A DNA stretch of 52,962 nt from Bacteroidia bacterium (GTDB lineage Bacteria; Bacteroidota; Bacteroidia; UBA10329), in contig JBLFWJ010000002.1 in NCBI GenBank assembly GCA_047611425.1, forward strand, positions 1 through 52,962, written 5' to 3'. A program made the translations under genes and the position numbers. Shown here in pieces: positions 18,101 through 24,254 of the stretch. Positions within the stretch are counted from its first letter, which is position 1. Each line of letters starts with the position of its first letter. The notes beneath the pieces were generated by a model that made no database searches, was not told the origin of the DNA, and saw only the letters and a list, made by a program, of their open reading frames with translations.

Positions 18101-18834
18101 TCCGCTGTATTAATGTTGGTACCAATGCTTGTCGGCTTAGACCAAGTGTCCCCAACTTTTTTGCAAACGAAAATATCATCAAAATACTCTCCAGTACCTG
18201 TCAAATCATCACCCGTACCTGTTTCTCTTCTACTTGTAAAAATTAGAGTTTGACCATCAGCAGAAAGAACAGGGCAGAAATCTTCGTACCGAGAATTAAT
18301 ACCTGGAGGAAGCTTATTAATCTTAACCTTTACCGGGTTTTCAGACAATTCTTTTCCAGTTTCGGCATATTCAATCTGACGTTTCACGTCATTGTATACT
18401 TCATAATCATCCATGTCAATGAATGATCTATAATTGAAGTAGTTACCTACAGCTTTATCATAGTCTCCGACCTTATGGTATGCACTTGCCAGATAATAAT
18501 AAGTCTTTCCTGGAGCACGCTTTTCTTTCCAGTTGGCCTCTTGATAGTCAAGTGCAACATTGCGGGTGGCGGTTTCCAAGAACGTAATTGCGCTTCGATA
18601 TTGACCTAGGCCTAAATGGCAAAGACCTATTCCGTGATTGATATTTGCATTGGAACTATCGTGGGCGTACATGTCCTTATACAAGACAATAGCCTCTTCG
18701 TAAGCACCATCGAACGCAAGTCCGTCAGCATCTTTGAATTTCTGTTTGAACTTTGAATCACCGAATGGTTGCGCAAACACTTGCGCAGAGATTGCCATTG
18801 CCGCCAAAATCAAGAGTAGGTTTCTCTTGATCAT
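15178..18834 (-). CDS. PorE-like paralog B: TPR + PD40 propeller + CRD + ~500-aa coiled-coil/Pro-rich spacer + OmpA_C domain
   Basis: I chose Met34 of the track ORF (15178..18933), which gives signal peptide MIKRNLLLILAAMAISAQVFA|QP. PD40 blades include VLSADGQTLIFTS, GLSPDGQTLYIY, VSADENLLVFTSDRPGG and FLTVDGKFLIFSSEGHRSMGGFDLF. The CRD is VGEYRPNRETGRYILILDPGEDYEVTYHADGY. OmpA_C lies at about 15253-15591 (IFFDYNQASL...VEGHTDSKGDNGYNMRLSQTRAESV...NRRIEI). Confidence 0.8.
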   Translation of the reverse strand: MIKRNLLLILAAMAISAQVFAQPFGDSKFKQKFKDADGLAFDGAYEEAIVLYKDMYAHDSSNANINHGIGLCHLGLGQYRSAITFLETATRNVALDYQEANWKEKRAPGKTYYYLASAYHKVGDYDKAVGNYFNYRSFIDMDDYEVYNDVKRQIEYAETGKELSENPVKVKINKLPPGINSRYEDFCPVLSADGQTLIFTSRRETGTGDDLTGTGEYFDDIFVCKKVGDTWSKPTSIGTNINTADHEAAIGLSPDGQTLYIYKDMDIYFSVLQGSQWSTPKKVGSDVNSSSWETHATVSADENLLVFTSDRPGGRGERDLYYTRKLPNGEWSLSQNMGDSINTPYAEESPFLTVDGKFLIFSSEGHRSMGGFDLFRSELVDGVWGSPKNIGYPINSPMNDMFFVTTPDGRYAYYSSVRSIGMGEQDIYLLKLEETKAASVTILAGKMTVPAMAYSDLGAKITVREVGTESIVGEYRPNRETGRYILILDPGEDYEVTYHADGYASKEVLVDVPDNSTYYEINKTIELDEVVFGDEILALQAKKRQEELARLAALAKKAEEDSLAIVAAANSALNSDLLAQQEADALERQEVEDQFAMEAQSAEQLRKAAEAEAANAERKRIEREQIDQLAADTQTARIEASKQKPSEKAAQDLAAKQAEGEGQKLQEEQLAEQEAQEKQRQQILAAQQAEVAKKNEAELDAKNAADDRIAQEQAAAKLEADKKAEMARSAELAKQLEEESRAGELASSQEPVKTEGTEEIVDPVAKKRAELLARIEKLKAAKQGVGYDTPAEPVAQQTKPVAKQQEIKKAPIKLPPKQEVAQVTKEPVKQNPIQSIQAESLSSSEIKDKKANALARIARLKTEKKGIDKSTEEESLVATKAESDIKEADEELANLDERRRKVLNRKNKAEQSLSEAEEAKSSLLAQGASNNQERSQLESQVKQLDSQFENLESDRLKEEKAARLESDRLEELSRQEESARQSEIASAAERKKQEAKAEAARKAEEEKSRNNSAGNINELRIMNEQVINENKDLRDQFAEVNRKLDIIMNNMGVSGKSTSRAVKPQPREAVFSAEELKSGKNFVLKNIFFDYNQASLKPTSKKELNKLYYFLKDNSGVSIVVEGHTDSKGDNGYNMRLSQTRAESVLRYLTNMGISKSRLRAVGYGEQRPIAINENPDGTDNPSGRALNRRIEIGLPTGKTEKMEVEKINIPKGLQIGS

Positions 18835-18974
18835 TGCAGCTGAGATGCCATTAAACATAGGATTCCACACTTTTAAAAACACTCCAGCCCTGTTGTTCGT
18901 TAAGCCGCGCAAAGCTAATAGAATATTGGGCACAAGGAATGTGACAAAAACATTGCTTTGGCCTTGCCTTTGAC

Positions 18975-20594
18975 CTACTTATTTTTAAGCACCATCTTCT
19001 TTAATTCGATGGTTCGATGAATCTCAAAATATGCGGTATTCTCAGGCACAAAAAGCTTCTCTGAGCGATACATATAACCCTCTGCTTCATAAGCAATATT
19101 GTAGTTGTTTCCAGGATGAAGAATTAAAATGAATGTTCCATTGTCGTTTCTTGGTTTGTAAACACCAAACATGTTCCCTGTCTCATTGTCCGAAACTGTA
19201 ATGAAAGCGTTTGGCGGCAATTTTCCATCGGCTCCTTTCGCAAACACTCCTCTATATACCGTCAAAGGAATCTCCTCCTCCAATCCCATATTCATCATAA
19301 AGATGTCCTTTCCACCTTTTCCACTTTGGTTGGAACTGGAATAGTATCCCCGCCTTCCATCGGGAGATGTATTGAAGAAATATTCGTCATCAGCGGTGTT
19401 TACCGGAATACCCATATTCATTGGAGTAGACCAATTTCCTTTTTCATCCATTACGCTGAAAAAAATGTCGTAACCGCCCATAGAGGTATGTCCTTTAGAA
19501 CTGAAGAACAACGTCTTTCCATCCGGGTGAATGAAAGGTGCTTCTTCGTCAAATGGCGTATTAATCTTATCGTTCAACTTGACTGGTTTTCCCCAATCAC
19601 CATTAGGCAAAAGACCTGCCTGGTAAATGTCCATACCAGAATCACCAGCTCTATCGCTGGTAAAATAAAGCAGTTGACCATTGGCCGTGATACTTACGTG
19701 CGTTTCACGAAATGTACTGTTGATGTTGTCGTTTAGCATAACTGGTTCTTGCCAAACTCCTCCATCTAATCTGGATTCATAAATGTTTCCATCACCAAAA
19801 TCATCCCTATAAATGAAGAGGCGCTGACCATCTGCACTCAAACTAATCGTTGCTTCATGGCCTTCCGTGTTGATATTGTCTCCAATACTCACAGGAGACT
19901 GCCACTCCCCATCTTTCTTCATCGACACGTAAATGTCCTCGAAGTACTTCTCATCCTCCGCAACATATCGACCTGTACTATTTGGCCTTCTAGAAGTGAA
20001 GATCATGGTGGTCTCGCTGGCATCGATTACTGGCGAATATTCATCATAAATTGAGTTAATGTTGTCTCCCAATCGAGTTACCTCGGCACTTATGGGTTGC
20101 TGAGCAATCAGGCTTCCATTCTTACACATTTCAATCTGTCGGTCAAGATCTGCGATTTGCTCCTTATCTGCCTTTGAAACTTTGCTCTTGTACTTTTCAT
20201 AAGAGGCAATGGCATTATTGTATTGCGATGCCAAGTGGTATGCACGGGCAAGTTGCAGAAAAGCATCTTCTGGTGCTGATGTTTCTTTAAAGTTATCCTT
20301 GTATTTACTGGATACGTTTGAAGCAGCCGCTTCCAAATACGGAACTGCCAAATGCTTATCGCCATTGATTCCCAAATAACAAACGCCAACCTTATAGTTA
20401 AAGTTGAAGTTTTTTGGATTGAGCTCTAAGAGCTCCAGGAAATTCTTTGCTGCCTGCGGATACTTTTTCGCTTCCAATTGCTTGTTGGCAATAGGATATA
20501 TCCGTTTGTAAGCAGAAGAAGTCTTTCCACCCTGAGCCATGGATTGCAATCCAAGGCAGGTAATAATTGCAATTACAGTGAATACTGTTCTCAT
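18975..20594 (-). CDS. PorE-like paralog A: TPR + PD40 propeller + CRD; no OmpA_C
   Basis: Signal peptide ...LGLQSMA|QG with TPR-like helices. PD40 blades include IDASETTMIFTSRRP, SLSADGQRLFIY, SITANGQLLYFTSDRAGDSG, FIHPDGKTLFFSSKGHTSMGGYDIF and NTSPDGRRGYYSS. The CRD is NMFGVYKPRNDNGTFILILHPGNNYNIAYEAEGY. Confidence 0.75.
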   Translation of the reverse strand: MRTVFTVIAIITCLGLQSMAQGGKTSSAYKRIYPIANKQLEAKKYPQAAKNFLELLELNPKNFNFNYKVGVCYLGINGDKHLAVPYLEAAASNVSSKYKDNFKETSAPEDAFLQLARAYHLASQYNNAIASYEKYKSKVSKADKEQIADLDRQIEMCKNGSLIAQQPISAEVTRLGDNINSIYDEYSPVIDASETTMIFTSRRPNSTGRYVAEDEKYFEDIYVSMKKDGEWQSPVSIGDNINTEGHEATISLSADGQRLFIYRDDFGDGNIYESRLDGGVWQEPVMLNDNINSTFRETHVSITANGQLLYFTSDRAGDSGMDIYQAGLLPNGDWGKPVKLNDKINTPFDEEAPFIHPDGKTLFFSSKGHTSMGGYDIFFSVMDEKGNWSTPMNMGIPVNTADDEYFFNTSPDGRRGYYSSSNQSGKGGKDIFMMNMGLEEEIPLTVYRGVFAKGADGKLPPNAFITVSDNETGNMFGVYKPRNDNGTFILILHPGNNYNIAYEAEGYMYRSEKLFVPENTAYFEIHRTIELKKMVLKNK

Positions 20595-20614
20595 GGTCTC
20601 GTATCGGTTCGGTC

Positions 20615-20642
20615 AAAAAAGATTCTCAGGTCAAAGAGAATC
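20615..20642 (-). terminator. Candidate intrinsic terminator after the E2 gene
   Basis: The minus strand reads GATTCTC-tttgacct-GAGAATC followed by TTTTTT. The stem is 7 bp and AT-rich, so it is only moderately stable. It is nested inside an outer 8-bp inverted repeat, CGTATCGG (20649-20656) / CCGATACG (20600-20607). Confidence 0.5.
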
Positions 20643-20665
20643 ATGCACCCGATACGGAAAACCGC

Positions 20666-21991
20666 TTAAATGGTTCTGTTAATATCGAAACTTTCGAGTA
20701 TTTGCGCCACCCTTTGCACAAACTTTCCTCCTAGCGAGCCATCAACCACACGGTGATCGTAGCTATGAGAAAGGAACATCATGTGACGAATTCCAATTAG
20801 ATCGCCTTGAGGCGTTTCAATAACGGCAGGTTTCTTTCTAATTGCACCAAGCGCAAGAATCGCAACTTGAGGCTGATTGATAATCGGGGTTCCCATCACG
20901 TTTCCAAACGTACCAACATTGGTCATTGTGTAAGTTCCACCTTGAATATCCTCAGGAGTGAGTTTGTTGTTTCTTGCTCGGTTGGCAAGATCATTCACAG
21001 CCTTGGTAAGACCCAAAAGGTTTTTCTGATCGGCATCTTTAATAACCGGAACAATCAAATTTCCACTTGGCAAAGCCGTGGCCATTCCAATATTGATGTG
21101 CTTTCGCTTAATCACATTCTGACCATCCGTAGAAACATTCACGCCTCTCATTTCAGAAATTGCCTGGGCAATTGCTTCTGCAAAAATTGGCGTAAAGGTT
21201 AACTTCTCTCCTTCCCGCTTTAGGAATTCATCCTTAATCTTGTTTCTCCAATTTACGATGTCGGTCACATCGGCCTCCACAAAACTGGTAACGTGGGGAG
21301 ATGTCTGCTTACTCATAACCATGTGGTCAGAAATGAGCTTTCGCATTCTGTCCATCTCCACAATCTCATCACCTTCCATAGAAACGATGGCTGGTGCAGA
21401 AACTGGAGCTTTCGCAACTGGAGCGGATTTCGCTGGCTTAGCCGTTGGAGCTGAAGCAGGTGTTCCGGTTCTATTAGGAATGTAGGCCAACATATCATGC
21501 TTGGTGACCCTTCCGTCTTTTCCAGTTCCTGATATTGCCTCCAACTCAGGCATTCCAATACCCTCGGATTTGGCCATGCTTCGAACGAGCGGAGAATAAA
21601 ATTTACCAGAGTCAGATCTTCTTTCTAAAACCACATCAACAACAGATTCAGCTATAACTGTAGAACCGTTGGCAGATGGAGCAACAGGTTGAGGTGCCTT
21701 CTCAGGAGCAGGAGCAGGTGTCGAATTCGTGGATCCGCCCGCTTCTTCAACATCCGTTGTAATGTACCCAACAATGGCACCGACAGCAACCACATCTCCT
21801 TCTTCACATAGCTTTTCCGTTAGAACACCCTCTACTGGAGATGGTATTTCGGAATCAACTTTATCCGTGGCAATTTCTAGGATTGACTCTTCCGATTCAA
21901 TCGTTTCTCCAACTTCCTTGCACCACCTGATAATGGTTGCTTCAGCTACACTCTCGCCCATTTTGGGCATAATCACTTCAATTTTTGCCAT
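20666..21991 (-). CDS. 2-oxoacid dehydrogenase E2 component (dihydrolipoamide acyltransferase); cognate complex not assignable
   Basis: I chose the start MAKIEVIMPKMGES (the track ORF extends to 22018). Lipoyl motif EIATDKVDSE. E3/E1-binding domain SPLVRSMAKSEGIGMPELEAISGTGKDGRVTKHDM. Catalytic motif SHSYDHRVVDG. There is no adjacent E1 gene. Confidence 0.85.
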   Translation of the reverse strand: MAKIEVIMPKMGESVAEATIIRWCKEVGETIESEESILEIATDKVDSEIPSPVEGVLTEKLCEEGDVVAVGAIVGYITTDVEEAGGSTNSTPAPAPEKAPQPVAPSANGSTVIAESVVDVVLERRSDSGKFYSPLVRSMAKSEGIGMPELEAISGTGKDGRVTKHDMLAYIPNRTGTPASAPTAKPAKSAPVAKAPVSAPAIVSMEGDEIVEMDRMRKLISDHMVMSKQTSPHVTSFVEADVTDIVNWRNKIKDEFLKREGEKLTFTPIFAEAIAQAISEMRGVNVSTDGQNVIKRKHINIGMATALPSGNLIVPVIKDADQKNLLGLTKAVNDLANRARNNKLTPEDIQGGTYTMTNVGTFGNVMGTPIINQPQVAILALGAIRKKPAVIETPQGDLIGIRHMMFLSHSYDHRVVDGSLGGKFVQRVAQILESFDINRTI

Positions 21992-22206
21992 CGAATTGTC
22001 CTGTTTTAAGGGGCGCAAAGGTAAGTGGAATGTGCTGATATTGAAATGCTGGTCTTAGCATTGGTTAGATGCTTTGGTGATTGGTACTTCCCAAAAGGCA
22101 CTGAACTCCCTTTGGTCGGTTCAACTCCGGTCAGGGGACACCCTTCAGGAGCCTGGAGGCCAGCGCTTTGGATGATGGCTCGTTAAAGTATAGTGAGATT
22201 CTTATG

Positions 22207-22230
22207 TCCTTTTGTCTTGAAACAAAAGGA
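22207..22230. repeat. Perfect 9-bp stem hairpin TCCTTTTGT-cttgaa-ACAAAAGGA inside the repeat-rich intergenic patch
   Basis: Read directly from the sequence. It is immediately followed by a CCCTTCGATAAACTCAGGACAGGCTCC-type motif. Confidence 0.6.
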
Positions 22231-22351
22231 ACCCTTCGATAAACTCAGGACAGGCTCCAATTCAAGGCTTGACAGCTCATCGACCCACTATTGATTCATG
22301 ATTTGGACGGGACAAGTCTCCTTCGACAGGCTCAGGATGACAGGTTTTTAA

Positions 22352-22423
22352 ATGGCAAGTGGGAAATTGGCCGAGGACGGCCCTCTATAGTTCCGCACGA
22401 GGCACAGCCTAGCGTGGGCGGGG
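22352..22423 (+). repeat. 72-bp direct repeat, copy 1
   Basis: The sequence is ATGGcAAGTgGGAAATTGGCCGAGGACGGCCCTCTATAGTTCCGCACGAGGCACAGCCTaGCGtGGGCGGGG. It matches copy 2 at 68 of 72 positions and contains the GC hairpin GGCCG-agga-CGGCC. Confidence 0.9.
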
Positions 22424-22425
22424 AA

Positions 22426-22662
22426 TGGCTACTGCATATGTTCAAATATTTTGGTCAGCGGAATTCACAGAACAAGAAACACCAGTTCTGGCAACATGGA
22501 AATCATCCGATTGAACTTTGGTCAATGAACGTTATTCGGCAAAAAATGGACTATTTGCACCGTAATCCGGTCAAAGCAATGATCGTAACCGAACCACATC
22601 ACTATCTTCATCGCAGCGCACATGAGGATAGATGCCTACATGTAAATGAACTTGGTATTTGA
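22426..22662 (+). pseudogene. 5'-truncated REP-associated tyrosine transposase (RAYT / IS200-like Y1 transposase) remnant; C-terminal ~79 aa only
   Basis: The translation is (E)WLLHMF...HQFWQHGNHPIELWSMNVIRQKMDYLHRNPVKAMIVTEPHHYLHRSA. It matches the C-terminal REWLL...(V/F)WQ...H..E......(Q)KL.YIH.NPV....V..P..Y..SSA pattern I recall for Bacteroidota RAYT-like proteins. The HUH and catalytic Tyr regions are absent. The upstream part of track ORF 22291..22662 is repeat-derived. Confidence 0.6.
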
Positions 22663-22666
22663 AATT

Positions 22667-23002
22667 TTATATGGAAAGTTGGAAATTGGCCGAGGACGGC
22701 CCTCTATAGTTCCGCACGAGGCACAGCCTCGCGCGGGCGGGGTGCAAGAAAATTGAACCTGAAAAGAAGAGGGTTCCAATGACGAAAAGCCAAAGAGAAG
22801 CGTTCAAATTCACATTGAATTGTTTTGAAAGAAGCACACATCCAGCAATTGCAAAAATGTGCCACATCTGATATCTCACTCCGGTAGCGAAACTGTTCAG
22901 TTGAACATCAGAAAGCGTGTTCCTTAAAGTGTGAGCGCCAATAGCTCCGAGAATAACGGTTATGGCTCCAAGAATGGCAATGAAAATAATCCAGTTTCGC
23001 AT
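22667..23002 (-). CDS. DUF423-family small membrane protein, 3' end replaced by repeat sequence (probably truncated)
   Basis: ILGAIGAHTL, GVRYQMWH and LFFSGSIFL motifs fit DUF423. After ...SIFLH the sequence (PARARLCLVRNYRGPSSANFQLSI*) is encoded entirely by repeat copy 2. The expected final TM segment is missing. Confidence 0.65.
   Translation of the reverse strand: MRNWIIFIAILGAITVILGAIGAHTLRNTLSDVQLNSFATGVRYQMWHIFAIAGCVLLSKQFNVNLNASLWLFVIGTLFFSGSIFLHPARARLCLVRNYRGPSSANFQLSI
22671..22742 (+). repeat. 72-bp direct repeat, copy 2
   Basis: Same unit as 22352-22423. It supplies the last 24 codons and the stop codon of the minus-strand DUF423 ORF. Confidence 0.9.
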
Positions 23003-23049
23003 GGTGCAAATTTAAGCAATTGGTTATTTCATTAAGTCGGAGACTTATC

Positions 23050-23057
23050 TATTTTTG
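23050..23057 (+). promoter_or_regulatory. Bacteroidota-type -7 box (TATTTTTG = TAnnTTTG), 20 nt upstream of the ATG at 23077
   Basis: Exact match to the TAnnTTTG consensus. Position is appropriate. No experimental support. Confidence 0.35.
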
Positions 23058-23076
23058 ACGGTTTAAAACGTTATTC

Positions 23077-23799
23077 ATGAAAATATTTCCGCTCTTCTTA
23101 CTAACTGTCTTAACTGGTTCAGGATTTGCGCAATGCGTAACTGATGTACCTTCCAACGCAGAAGGGGTTTACCCAATAACACTTGCAGAAGGAACTTTGC
23201 AAACTCAGTATAATGACACACTTACGATAGTGTACCCGTTTGACACGCTTGTGAGTGGGTTTGTTTTTCCATTTGACTCTTTCCGCGTAGACATGGTCAA
23301 CAACCTTCCTGATGGTTTAAATTGGTTGTGTAATGATGCTCCAAATTGTTTTGCAATAGCACCTGGCGCTCCCAACCCAGCCAAACAGTGCATAATAATT
23401 ATGGGTATACCAACTACAATTCCCGTTAATGATACGATTGAACTGAGTATAACGGCTTGGCTCACTGTCGGAGGCATAGGTTCTCAATCCTTTGGTGGAA
23501 ACATCCTAAAAGTTGAGTTGCCAATGAGCTCAACAGCGGTTGGTGTTGATAACCCACAAAATATTGAGGTTTCTGTTTATCCAAATCCATCAAATGGTCT
23601 TGTATCGATACGACTGACAGAAAGATTTGAAAACATGAGAGCAGAGGTTAAAAACGTGGTTGGCCAAGTGGTAGAAACGTACACGTTTAAAAACACCAAT
23701 CTGTTTGCGTTGGAGCTCCCAAAGCAAGAGGGACTTTACCTTATTGAATTGAGTACGCCTGATGGCCTTTCTGCCACACTAAAGGTGATTAGGGAATAA
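23077..23799 (+). CDS. Small secreted protein with T9SS C-terminal sorting domain, function unknown
   Basis: Signal peptide LTGSGFA|QC. The N-terminal ~150 aa contains 4 Cys. The CTD is VSVYPNPSNGLVSIRL...GLYLIELSTPDGLSATLKVIRE. Confidence 0.75.
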   Translation: MKIFPLFLLTVLTGSGFAQCVTDVPSNAEGVYPITLAEGTLQTQYNDTLTIVYPFDTLVSGFVFPFDSFRVDMVNNLPDGLNWLCNDAPNCFAIAPGAPNPAKQCIIIMGIPTTIPVNDTIELSITAWLTVGGIGSQSFGGNILKVELPMSSTAVGVDNPQNIEVSVYPNPSNGLVSIRLTERFENMRAEVKNVVGQVVETYTFKNTNLFALELPKQEGLYLIELSTPDGLSATLKVIRE

Positions 23800-23877
23800 C
23801 CTTGTTACAAACATTGATAAAAGGCAGAGCCATTAAGTCCCTGTTTTTTTTGTCCTTAATTATCGAGTGAAATAGTA

Positions 23878-24254
23878 CTATTTGTATCCTATTTCAGGTG
23901 TAAGTGCAACTCTGCTTTTCATAAAAGTACCAACCCCAAATGCCACTTCTTTTCCATCTTCATTGAAAAGTGTTGCTTCAGCAATGAGTAGGTTTTTCGA
24001 TTGCGAACGAAGTTTACCAATGGCTTTTAGTTTCCCTTCACTTGCAGGACGAATCAAGTTCAAGTTGAATGCTGAAGTCAAAACAAAAACATCTTCCACA
24101 ACAGAGTTGGCGGCAAAGAATGCTGCATCATCTAAAAGCTTGAAATAAACCGTTCCGTGAATAGCATCGAGGGCATGGAAGTACTTGTCCGAAATAGTTA
24201 GACCGATCTCCGCTTCACCTTCAGATATTTTAGCAGTGATGGTATCGAAAATTT
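23878..24254 (-). pseudogene. PaaI/hotdog-fold thioesterase, 5' end interrupted by the IS element
   Basis: The frame stays open upstream of the track ORF (23878..24099) as ...IFDTITAKISEGEAEIGLTISDKYFHALDAIHGTVYFKLLDDAAFFAANSVVEDVF..., which is a hotdog HG..Y..L.D motif. There is no ATG, GTG or TTG before it runs into the IS inverted repeat at 24255. Confidence 0.7.

Noticed and set aside
22114-22140. tRNA T-arm-like sequence GGTCGG-TTCAACT-CCGGTC followed by CAGGGGAC, considered as a tRNA gene or an att-site tRNA 3' fragment
   Set aside because: I could not find a complementary 5' acceptor strand, a D-arm or an anticodon arm upstream. The T-stem needs two G-U pairs. It is at best a decayed fragment, and tRNAscan/ARAGORN would settle it.
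22291-22662. 123-aa ORF taken as an intact gene
   Set aside because: Its first ~45 codons are translated from the dispersed repeat motif and from 72-bp repeat copy 1. Only the C-terminal ~79 aa resemble a real protein, the RAYT-like tail. It is therefore annotated as a pseudogene fragment.
22352-22742. Two 72-bp direct repeats considered as a mini CRISPR array
   Set aside because: There are only two copies. The repeat is far longer than CRISPR repeats. The 247-bp interval is a transposase remnant, and no cas genes are present.
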